Part shown: piece by piece, positions 56,430-64,000 of the stretch | How the letters are laid out: each line of letters begins with the position of its first letter | How positions within the stretch are numbered: position 1 is the first letter of the stretch | Assembly (NCBI GenBank): GCA_947372105.1 | Contig: CANBSH010000003.1 | Span: 6,042 to 70,041 of the forward strand | Length of the DNA stretch: 64,000 nt | From: Chitinophagaceae bacterium | Lineage (GTDB): Bacteria > Bacteroidota > Bacteroidia > Chitinophagales > Chitinophagaceae | Reading direction: 5' to 3' | Made by a program: the position numbers and the translations under genes | The notes under the pieces: model-generated | The model's database searches: none | The model's input: only the letters and a program-made list of their open reading frames with translations | What the model was told of the DNA's origin: nothing

Positions 56430-57497
56430 TTAGGAATGCAAGTCAATAGGTATGCGAATGGCTGTGTTTTGCGCATACTCCTTTTGATAAGTTTCATACC
56501 ACTGAATTCCCATATTAGCTCTTGCTTGTCGATACACTTCATCTTTATAGTATAATTTGAAGTGATTAGACAATGCCGTACTTTCTTGAAAATTAAATAT
56601 TTCACCTGCATTTGTAAAAGAATCAGGAAGAGCAATGGCAGTATCCAACATTAATGGAATTTTAAATTGAATAGCCCATTCCATCCAAGGTAATTTATCA
56701 AAATGTGCTTGCCCCCATAAAATCGCATAAGTACCCGCTAACTCTTCCATACTTAAGTCTTGAATTAATGTATGAACGATGGCGTCTCTGTACTTATACC
56801 CCTTTTGCAACTGTATTGCTTGCTCCATTTGTTGCGGAGTGTCCCAAACAAAAACCAATGCCATGCTAGTGTGTTGCCATTTTTTAAAAATGGAGAACTC
56901 TTTTAAGGTGTTCACAAAATGGTCGACAGAAATCATTGCCAAATAATAATCTGCACCTTGGGTTAACTCTTGCTTGGCAGCCGAAATACTCACCCATTCC
57001 AATTGAGGCAAGCCGGATATAGGTAAAAAAGCATTATGTATCGTATTGCTATTTTTAGGAAGATTCAAGTTCAAGTAGGATTGGGTCCATGTGTTGGTTG
57101 CAAAAACACTGGTTGCTTTTTTAATAAAACCTTTAAAAGTGATCCAGCTTTGTAACTTTTGGAAAAGCGTACTGTTTTGGATCAAACCGGGGCCTGATAA
57201 AGGAATAAAATACTGTGGAAATTGTTGACTTCCTTTTAAACTACTTCCAAAATGAAGTACAATGGCATTCGTCACCTCGCTGATAAGCTTTTCTGCTGGG
57301 TACTTCTTTAATAAAGTAACATTGGAATGTGCTTCATACGCGTCTTGGTAAAAAGTAGGAAAATGATCTCCTACAATATAATAATGTAAATGAGCAGAAG
57401 CCTTACCAGCATTGATTATATCCAATATTTTTTGGTACACCACTATAGGTGGAATGTGATATGAACTGTCAGCTAATAGAAATAAACGCATATGCAA
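56430..57497 (-). CDS. Hypothetical cytoplasmic protein (possibly glycosyltransferase-fold)
   Basis: Long 355-aa ORF with no signal peptide. The MRLFLLADS start and overall alpha/beta pattern are only weakly suggestive of a GT-B enzyme. Confidence 0.5.
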   Translation of the reverse strand: MHMRLFLLADSSYHIPPIVVYQKILDIINAGKASAHLHYYIVGDHFPTFYQDAYEAHSNVTLLKKYPAEKLISEVTNAIVLHFGSSLKGSQQFPQYFIPLSGPGLIQNSTLFQKLQSWITFKGFIKKATSVFATNTWTQSYLNLNLPKNSNTIHNAFLPISGLPQLEWVSISAAKQELTQGADYYLAMISVDHFVNTLKEFSIFKKWQHTSMALVFVWDTPQQMEQAIQLQKGYKYRDAIVHTLIQDLSMEELAGTYAILWGQAHFDKLPWMEWAIQFKIPLMLDTAIALPDSFTNAGEIFNFQESTALSNHFKLYYKDEVYRQARANMGIQWYETYQKEYAQNTAIRIPIDLHS

Positions 57498-57564
57498 AAA
57501 TACACCTTACTTAACAATTTATCCACCAATCATTTATAGGCATTAGTTCAAGTAAATAGAACCT

Positions 57565-57572
57565 TAACTTTG
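57565..57572 (+). promoter_or_regulatory. Candidate -7 promoter box (TAACTTTG)
   Basis: TAnnTTTG ends 4 nt before the ATG at 57577. This implies either a leaderless mRNA or use of the next ATG at 57598 (MDLFG). Confidence 0.3.
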
Positions 57573-57576
57573 ATTT

Positions 57577-58185
57577 ATGGCGAAGCACTTGCAACAAATG
57601 GATTTATTTGGTAGTGAACCCTCTGAAGCGGTTCATATTGTCGCGCCAAAGACTTCCAAAGCCAGTACTATTTTACAAAAAGCAAACCTTCCTAAACAAA
57701 CTTTAAATGTAGTTACTGAAAATGTTTTAGAAGAAGAATCTCTTCCTATTGTATCTCGTGCTGCCCAACATTTAAATGCACATCACAGCAAACAAAAAAG
57801 AGGTCGTAAATCATTTGCAGCTATGGATGCTGAAATGGGAAAATTAAATATTCCTTCGGCCGAAATTTTACAACAAAAATTATACTACCCTATTGGAGAA
57901 GTGGCTCATTGGTTTAACGTGAACACTTCCTTAATTAGATATTGGGAAAAAGAGTTTAAGCAAATACAACCACGTAAAACCAGAAAGGGGGATAGACTAT
58001 TTAGAGCCCAGGATATTGAATTTTTAAAACAAATTCATTTTCTACTACGTGAAAAAAAATACTCCATTGATGGCGCAAAAACTTATTTGAAAAATAATAA
58101 GGAAAAAGCAGAAAAAGATGTTGCTATTTTAAATAGCTTAAAAAACTTACGCAGTTTTTTAGTCAGCTTAAAAAGTAGTTTATAA
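57577..58185 (+). CDS. MerR-family transcriptional regulator with about 100-aa N-terminal extension
   Basis: The helix-turn-helix YYPIGEVAHWFNVNTSLIRYWEKEF...RKTRKGDRLFRAQDIEFLKQI lies in the C-terminal half. The start may instead be 57598. Confidence 0.75.
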   Translation: MAKHLQQMDLFGSEPSEAVHIVAPKTSKASTILQKANLPKQTLNVVTENVLEEESLPIVSRAAQHLNAHHSKQKRGRKSFAAMDAEMGKLNIPSAEILQQKLYYPIGEVAHWFNVNTSLIRYWEKEFKQIQPRKTRKGDRLFRAQDIEFLKQIHFLLREKKYSIDGAKTYLKNNKEKAEKDVAILNSLKNLRSFLVSLKSSL

Positions 58186-58186
58186 A

Positions 58187-59269
58187 TTAGCCTTTGTCTG
58201 AAAATTGAATTTGATGTTGATTCGCAAATTCAATCACCGCCACATTTAATTTTTCTCTTAATTGTTGAAGTGAATTAATATCCACTTGCATGGAAATGAA
58301 ACATTCTACATGAATAACATGCGATTGCTTTCCTGCTTCAGCTACAAAAACTGAAGAAGAAATAATATTTGATTCTTGTGCAATCATCAAACGCATATGA
58401 TTACTTAATGCTGAAATTAAACTAGCTGATGTTTGTACACTTAATTGAATATCCATTTCAATTTTTCGCTCAGATCTCAAACTAATATTATCCACAATCG
58501 TATCTACCATTTGTTTATTAGGAACCGTGATATATGTTTTATCCTGTGTTCGAATACGAGTACTACGCAATCCAATTTTTTCAATGGTGCCTGTGAAATT
58601 ATTCACTTTCACTAAATCACCCACTGTAAATGGCTTGTCAAAAAATATAATAAAAGAAGCAATGATGTTTTCCAAACTTTCTCGCATAGATAAAGCCACA
58701 GCGGCTCCTACGATACTTAAGCTGGTCACTAAATTGCCAATATTTTCATTAAATACATAACGCAATACCAGCAACACCCCAATGATATATAAAATGACCT
58801 TGAAAAAGTCTCTGAAAAATAAAACTAACTGATCATCTGTTTGATCTTTTGTTAACTTAGATCTTTCCTCTAAAATAATAGAAATAAATTCAAGTGTGCG
58901 AAGTGAAACACGTATTAGTAAAATAATAAAGAATAATTTGACAACCGACTCAATGACTTGTTGCAAAGTCAATTTGAATAAATGAACATTCCATACTTCA
59001 GGGAATTTTAATTCATATAAAGCAATAACAGCAACAAGAAATAATAAAAATTGCTCTATGGGCACTACCAAACGATGCACATGACTTTTACGAAGCTCTG
59101 AATGATTTTTTTTGTCTACCCAAGTGTATATGATGCTTGCAAAAAATCGGGATACAAATCTTTTAAAAATATAAGTTGCTAAAATAACGCCAAGTATATA
59201 CAAATAATTTTTAAGGGGATTGCTTAATATTTCTTGTTCCAGATTCATAAAGATTATTTTAAAGTCCAC
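58187..59269 (-). CDS. Mechanosensitive ion channel family protein (MscS-like)
   Basis: TM helices followed by FDKPFTVGDLVKVNNFTGTIEKIGLRSTRIRTQDKTYITVPN. Confidence 0.88.
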   Translation of the reverse strand: MDFKIIFMNLEQEILSNPLKNYLYILGVILATYIFKRFVSRFFASIIYTWVDKKNHSELRKSHVHRLVVPIEQFLLFLVAVIALYELKFPEVWNVHLFKLTLQQVIESVVKLFFIILLIRVSLRTLEFISIILEERSKLTKDQTDDQLVLFFRDFFKVILYIIGVLLVLRYVFNENIGNLVTSLSIVGAAVALSMRESLENIIASFIIFFDKPFTVGDLVKVNNFTGTIEKIGLRSTRIRTQDKTYITVPNKQMVDTIVDNISLRSERKIEMDIQLSVQTSASLISALSNHMRLMIAQESNIISSSVFVAEAGKQSHVIHVECFISMQVDINSLQQLREKLNVAVIEFANQHQIQFSDKG

Positions 59270-60015
59270 TTTTCAAGAGACATATTATTACCATCAAAAA
59301 CACCATAAGTATACAATTTGATCCAATCTCCTAAATTAATATATCGAGTGGTTTCATTAATGGTAAAATCAATAGCGTAATGACGATGGCCAAAAACAAA
59401 ATAATCAACATTTATTTCTGTTGCTTTTTGTTTGGTATAAATAATAAGCCACTCTTTATCTTCTCCTAAAAATTGCTCGTCAGCGCTCCCTGTTTTTGCA
59501 CGACTTTGACTGCTAAAAAAATTGGCTAACTGAATTCCTACATCAGGATGTATCCACCTAAACAACCATTTACACAAAGGATTTGTAAATATTTTTTTAA
59601 TGAACTTATACCCTCTATCTCCAGGGCCTAGTCCATCACCGTGCCCTATGTAAAACTTTTTATTTCCAAGATGAAAAACTTGAGGTTTAAAATACACTTT
59701 AGCATTTAATTCCTGTGTGAGATAATCCTTCATCCATAAATCATGATTACCGGTAAAGATGTGCAATGGGATACCTGCATCCGAGATTTCAGCCAAACAG
59801 CCCAATAATCTAATAAATCCTTTGGGGACCACTGTTTTATATTCAAACCAGAAATCAAAAATATCACCTACAATAAAAAAAGCGGCTGCATCTTGCTTTG
59901 CTTGTTTCAAAAAGGCCACCACAGCATCCTCTCTTTGACGGCTTTCAATATTATTGGGTGCCCCCAAATGAAAGTCAGAGAGAAAATATATTTTTTTGCC
60001 CGGTGCTAAATCCAT
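59254..60015 (-). CDS. lpxH: UDP-2,3-diacylglucosamine diphosphatase
   Basis: Calcineurin-like motifs YFLSDFHLG, VGDIFDFW, GNHD and GHRH. Confidence 0.85.
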   Translation of the reverse strand: MDLAPGKKIYFLSDFHLGAPNNIESRQREDAVVAFLKQAKQDAAAFFIVGDIFDFWFEYKTVVPKGFIRLLGCLAEISDAGIPLHIFTGNHDLWMKDYLTQELNAKVYFKPQVFHLGNKKFYIGHGDGLGPGDRGYKFIKKIFTNPLCKWLFRWIHPDVGIQLANFFSSQSRAKTGSADEQFLGEDKEWLIIYTKQKATEINVDYFVFGHRHYAIDFTINETTRYINLGDWIKLYTYGVFDGNNMSLEKWTLK

Positions 60016-60056
60016 GATGCTATATTAAATGAGGAAATTCACTTATGATGAAGCTA

Positions 60057-60698
60057 CTAGTCCATTAATTTATCTACTAAAAAACAATACACTTCCTTTG
60101 GGCCATGCACCCCCACCACTAAAGTCTTTTCAATATCCGCTGTACGACTAGGTCCAGTGGCATAGCTAATCATGCTCGGCATTGCATCCGCTTCTTTTTT
60201 AAACTGCGCTAAACTATCAGATATATCAAACACTAATTGATGCGTGTAAGCAATACAAATATGAATAGGTGCATATACACTAGAAGTTCTTCCGCTTAAT
60301 TGTTGACTGCTCAATACAATCGTTCCAGTTCGTGCTACCAAATGATCACATAAAGTAATAGAAGCATCGCAACCTGCTAAGTCGTCTGTGGTTACAGGAT
60401 CAAAATGATATTCCTTCATATCATCTAACCAACCTGCCTCACGAGAATAAATTTTATCCCATTTTTGTTGTTGAATGAGGCCAGATAATTTTTTAACTAA
60501 CTCTGCTTCATCTGCACAGTATACAAACTTGCCTAATAGTTCTGTGAATTTTTCAGCAAACTCGATAGTAAGTTCTTCCCCAGAAGGCATGAACACCGGA
60601 GTATCTGCCACCTGATCAGGAAAAGGCACAGGCACAGGATCCCTCAAAGCCTTTTTAATTTTATGTAATATTTTAATTCTTGCACCTTGCGAGTCCAT
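60057..60698 (-). CDS. LUD (LutC/YkgG-like) domain protein
   Basis: 213 aa. The C-terminal pattern TGPSRTADIEKTLVVGVHGP is typical of the LUD domain. Confidence 0.7.
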   Translation of the reverse strand: MDSQGARIKILHKIKKALRDPVPVPFPDQVADTPVFMPSGEELTIEFAEKFTELLGKFVYCADEAELVKKLSGLIQQQKWDKIYSREAGWLDDMKEYHFDPVTTDDLAGCDASITLCDHLVARTGTIVLSSQQLSGRTSSVYAPIHICIAYTHQLVFDISDSLAQFKKEADAMPSMISYATGPSRTADIEKTLVVGVHGPKEVYCFLVDKLMD

Positions 60699-60710
60699 GC
60701 TATTAAAGTA

Positions 60711-62786
60711 TTAAAGTGGAGTATCTGAATTATTTTCTGTTGTAGTTACATCAGGAGTGGTTGCAGTTTCTAATACAACTTCAGCAGGCGTTACAACTTC
60801 TGCAGCAACTTCAGCAGGAGCATCTAAATTCACTTCCTTCACTTCTTCATAAGGACGCTTGCCAATTAACTCTTCTACATCACTTTTATGCAACACTTCT
60901 TTATCCAATAATTCTTTTGCTAATTTTTCTACTTGTTCTTTTTTATCACGTAATAAAACTAAAGTACGTTGATAAGCAGCGTCAATCATTTTGCGCACTT
61001 CTTCATCAATGATTTTTCCAGTCTCTTCACTAAATGGTTTTTGGAAAGTGTTTTCTTGTGAAGGATCATAAAAACTTACGTTCCCTATTTTATCATTCAT
61101 GCCATAAGTAGTCACCATTGAATACGCCATACGAGTGATCTGTTGTAAATCATTAGACGCGCCAGTTGAAATGCGACCAAAGAAAATTTCTTCAGCAGCA
61201 CGACCACCCAATGTCATACACATTTGATCGGTTAACTGTTCGGTAGTATATAAGTATTGTTCTTTAGGGGTGTATTGCGCATACCCTAATGCAGCTGTAC
61301 CTCTTGGCACAATCGTTACTTTTAATAATGGATACGCATGTTCTAAAAACCAACCACAAATGGCATGACCCGCTTCATGATACGCAATCACTTCTTTTTC
61401 TTCTTTTGAAATGATTTTATTTTTCTTTTCTAATCCACCAATCACTCTATCAATGGCGTCTTGGAAATCCTTCATGTCCACACCTGTCTTTCCTTTACGA
61501 GCTGCAATTAAAGCGGCTTCATTACATACATTCGCAATGTCTGCTCCTGCAAATCCTGGAGTTTGTTCCGCTAACTTATGAATGTCTAAACTTTCTGATA
61601 CTTTAATAGGACCTAAGTGTACTTTAAAAATCTCCTCACGTCCCTTTAAGTCAGGACGATCAATAGATATTTGACGATCAAAACGTCCTGGTCTTAATAA
61701 AGCAGAATCCAACACATCGGGACGGTTGGTTGCAGCTAAAATAATAATACCTGTATCGCCGCCAAAACCATCCATTTCCACTAATAATTGGTTCAATGTA
61801 TTTTCACGTTCGTCATTGCTCATCATGGCATTTTTACCACGAGCACGACCAATCGCATCTATCTCATCAATAAAAATAATACAAGGTGCTTTTTCGCGCG
61901 CTTGCTTAAATAAATCACGCACACGACTCGCTCCCACACCCACAAACATTTCAACAAAGTCGGATCCACTTAAACTAAAGAAAGGAACCTGCGCTTCGCC
62001 TGCCATCGCTTTCGCTAATAAAGTTTTACCTGTACCTGGAGGGCCTATTAATAAAGCCCCTTTAGGAATTTTACCGCCTAAGGCTGTATATTTTTTGGGT
62101 TGTTTTAAGAAATCTACGATTTCCATCACTTCTTCTTTGGCTTCTTCTAAACCTGCTACATCCGCAAAAGTAATATTCACTTTAGTGCCGCCTTTTTCAA
62201 ATAAAGTAGCTTTAGATTTTCCAACATTAAATATACCCCCTGGGCCACCGCCACTTCCTCCGCCACCGCCCATCTTGCGCATGAGTAGCACCCAAACCAC
62301 CACAAGTAATCCCAATGAAAAAATAGTATTGGCAATAGGTCCAAACCACTCCCCTTCTTTCACTGTATTTTGAGGAACTTCTTGAATACTTTTTTGTTCG
62401 TAGAATTTTTGTAAACGTTCATTGAAACTATTCCAATCGGTCACACTAAATTCAAATAAGGGAACGCCTTTTACTTTTGCTTTTTCAATTTTACGTTTTA
62501 GTTTTTGTACATAAAAATCCTTTTCAATACTATCTGGTTTTATGTATACACGAACCAATTCTTTGTTTTGAACTAAGTCAATACGCTCTACATCACCTCT
62601 CGTCAACATCACTTGCTTAAACTCTTGTTCGGTAGTCGTAATAATATCTGGTGCCATTTGAAAAAAACGAGCAGACAAAAGGGATAATGCAATTAAACCA
62701 TATATCCAATAGACATTAAACTTAGGTAATTTAGGACCGTCTCCCTTAGGAGTACCTTTCTTATTTGAATTATTTTCAGGAATCAT
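60711..62786 (-). CDS. ftsH: ATP-dependent zinc metalloprotease FtsH
   Basis: Two TM segments, Walker [12 protein letters not shown], Walker [13 protein letters not shown] region, and zinc site HEAGHA. Confidence 0.97.
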   Translation of the reverse strand: MIPENNSNKKGTPKGDGPKLPKFNVYWIYGLIALSLLSARFFQMAPDIITTTEQEFKQVMLTRGDVERIDLVQNKELVRVYIKPDSIEKDFYVQKLKRKIEKAKVKGVPLFEFSVTDWNSFNERLQKFYEQKSIQEVPQNTVKEGEWFGPIANTIFSLGLLVVVWVLLMRKMGGGGGSGGGPGGIFNVGKSKATLFEKGGTKVNITFADVAGLEEAKEEVMEIVDFLKQPKKYTALGGKIPKGALLIGPPGTGKTLLAKAMAGEAQVPFFSLSGSDFVEMFVGVGASRVRDLFKQAREKAPCIIFIDEIDAIGRARGKNAMMSNDERENTLNQLLVEMDGFGGDTGIIILAATNRPDVLDSALLRPGRFDRQISIDRPDLKGREEIFKVHLGPIKVSESLDIHKLAEQTPGFAGADIANVCNEAALIAARKGKTGVDMKDFQDAIDRVIGGLEKKNKIISKEEKEVIAYHEAGHAICGWFLEHAYPLLKVTIVPRGTAALGYAQYTPKEQYLYTTEQLTDQMCMTLGGRAAEEIFFGRISTGASNDLQQITRMAYSMVTTYGMNDKIGNVSFYDPSQENTFQKPFSEETGKIIDEEVRKMIDAAYQRTLVLLRDKKEQVEKLAKELLDKEVLHKSDVEELIGKRPYEEVKEVNLDAPAEVAAEVVTPAEVVLETATTPDVTTTENNSDTPL

Positions 62787-62822
62787 ATATTCTTTTATTT
62801 TTCGAGCTTCTTATTTATTCCA

Positions 62823-62859
62823 ACTAGTAATTATTTTACTAGTAATTTCTTATACTAGT
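62823..62859. repeat. Three ACTAGT-centred palindromic motifs in the rsfS-ftsH intergenic region
   Basis: ACTAGT occurs at 62823-62828, 62838-62843 (within the perfect palindrome TTACTAGTAA) and 62854-62859. Spacing is 15 and 16 nt. Confidence 0.6.
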
Positions 62860-62901
62860 TATCATTTCAGATAGTTATTTTTCTACCTGGTTTTATTTTT
62901 T

Positions 62902-63306
62902 TTATAAGTCATGCATTTTCGCATCTGCATCACTCCACATTTCTTCTAACTGATAAAATTTTCTGGAATCAGGATGCATCACATGTACTACTATATTAAT
63001 ATAGTCAATTAACAACCATTGAGCAGCTGTTTTTCCTTCACTTTTATACGCCCATTCGGCACATTTTGTTTTGACTTCATATTCCACATTATCGGCAATC
63101 GCCCTTAACTGTGTAATGTTATTAGCTTCGCAAATAATGAAGAAATCAGTGGCTGCTTCGTGAATTTTGCGAAGGTCCAAACTGATTATATTTTCGCCTT
63201 TTTTATCCTGGATAGCCTGAATAATGGTCTTGAAAATTTTAGAATTGCGTGTCGTTTGAGTGGTCGTAGTTTTTTTACGATTGGTAATAGCGGAAAGAGG
63301 TTCCAA
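62902..63306 (-). CDS. rsfS: Ribosome silencing factor RsfS
   Basis: KKGENIISLDLRKI...DFFIICEANNITQLRAIADNV...WLLIDYINIVVHVMH. Confidence 0.9.
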   Translation of the reverse strand: MEPLSAITNRKKTTTTQTTRNSKIFKTIIQAIQDKKGENIISLDLRKIHEAATDFFIICEANNITQLRAIADNVEYEVKTKCAEWAYKSEGKTAAQWLLIDYINIVVHVMHPDSRKFYQLEEMWSDADAKMHDL

Positions 63307-63399
63307 GGATGCGTTTAATTTATGGGTGAATGCCTTATTAGTCTAAAGATAATTTTAATGAATATGAATCTATGCTAACTTTACAAAAATAACAATTCT

Positions 63400-64000
63400 T
63401 TGTTACCTGCCACACCAATTATCCTGTTAGGAGCGCCGCTCATCGAACTGTCTAGTGTAGATAGTACCAATATTTATGCCATGAAGCAAATTCAAGAGCA
63501 AATAGCGGTATCTGGCAGTTGCTATCGTACTGATTTTCAAACCCATGGAAAGGGGCAACATGGTCGAGTTTGGGAGAGTAGCAAGGGCGAAAACCTACTT
63601 TGTAGCTATGTTTTAGAGCTAAAAACCTTGAAAATGGAACAAAATTGGGGTCCAAAGGACCAAATTGGGTTGTCGGCAGCAGTTGCTTTGGGTGCACAGG
63701 CCTTTTTTGCAGCATTCGCAGGGGATGAAACTAGAATAAAAAAGCCCAATGATATCTACTGGCGTGACAGAAAGGCAGGAGGAATTCTGATAGAAAACAT
63801 ACTTAGAGGAGAATCCTGGACCTGGACCGTCATTGGAATTGGATTTAACATGAATCAAACAAAATTTTCAAGCGATGCTCCCAACCCAGTTTCTTTAAAA
63901 CAAATTACAGGGAAGCAATGGGAAATTTCATCCATGCAAAAATCATTGACAAAGGCATTGGATCATTCGATTGGTTTATGGCTAGAAAATGGAGAGGTAG
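63400..64000 (+). CDS. birA: Biotin--[acetyl-CoA-carboxylase] ligase, 3' end outside window
   Basis: Frame 1 is open from 63379 to the window end. LSSVDSTNIYA, the biotin-binding loop analogue TDFQTHGKGQHGRVWES, and KKPNDIYWRDRKAGGILIE. There is no in-frame ATG before 63481, so TTG at 63400 is the likely start. It is not in the ORF track because no stop falls in the window. Confidence 0.8.
   Translation, partial: MLPATPIILLGAPLIELSSVDSTNIYAMKQIQEQIAVSGSCYRTDFQTHGKGQHGRVWESSKGENLLCSYVLELKTLKMEQNWGPKDQIGLSAAVALGAQAFFAAFAGDETRIKKPNDIYWRDRKAGGILIENILRGESWTWTVIGIGFNMNQTKFSSDAPNPVSLKQITGKQWEISSMQKSLTKALDHSIGLWLENGEV

Noticed and set aside
56294-56635. 113-aa minus-strand ORF overlapping the 3' end of the 355-aa gene
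   Set aside because: It overlaps the longer ORF in another frame, is hydrophobic and low-complexity, and partly lies in an intergenic AT-rich region.
61726-62373. 215-aa ORF antisense to ftsH (contains [14 protein letters not shown])
   Set aside because: It is a shadow ORF of a highly conserved gene. The proline run is just the complement of the FtsH glycine linker [12 protein letters not shown].
63452-63858. Two minus-strand ORFs (87 and 79 aa) at the window end
   Set aside because: They lie opposite the birA reading frame, which shows the biotin-ligase motifs (VDSTN, GKGQHGRVW, KKPNDIY).
1-64000. Searched for CRISPR arrays, IS elements or transposases, integrases, prophage genes, toxin-antitoxin pairs, restriction-modification or other defence systems, tRNA and rRNA genes
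   Set aside because: None were seen. Every long ORF is accounted for by housekeeping or metabolic families or by envelope proteins, and no long direct or inverted repeats flank any segment.

Overview
AT-rich chromosomal segment, almost certainly from a member of Bacteroidota, probably Chitinophagia- or Sphingobacteriia-like. This placement is an inference from gldC, ribosomal protein THX, the murI-skp-skp-bamA-uppS-nadK synteny, many Tat-leader Gfo/Idh/MocA and TIM-barrel proteins, and recurring TAnnTTTG -7 boxes. The window is densely packed with about 70 protein genes, nearly all housekeeping: split methionine synthase, HU, coaX, lptC, tatC, rpiB, psd/cdsA, dusB, tadA, sod, rpmH-rnpA-yidD, murI, bamA, uppS, nadK, lpxH, ftsH, rsfS and birA. 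I found no rRNA, tRNA, CRISPR array, transposase, integrase, phage gene or recognisable defence system. Two real genes are missing from the ORF track because they are short: ribosomal protein THX (8419-8541) and L34 (44158-44313, minus strand). birA is also missing because it runs off the 3' end of the window. The only region that looks like a functionally unresolved system is 31.5-42.1 kb. It is an island of two Gfo/Idh/MocA dehydrogenases, three xylose-isomerase-like TIM barrels, a GMC flavoprotein with a Tat-leader small subunit, a lipoprotein cytochrome c and a DUF1080 (3-keto-disaccharide-hydrolase family) protein. I interpret it as a candidate periplasmic oxidative (3-keto) glycoside or sugar-processing module of unknown substrate. 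This gene combination is common in Bacteroidota and Planctomycetota, so it is poorly characterised rather than necessarily new. Other observations are smaller: an in-frame 15-nt tandem repeat inside rnpA, a terminator hairpin between rpmH and a TTG-start rnpA, three ACTAGT palindromes between rsfS and ftsH, and repeated motifs upstream of hup. All function calls rest on motif recognition by eye; no database search was run.
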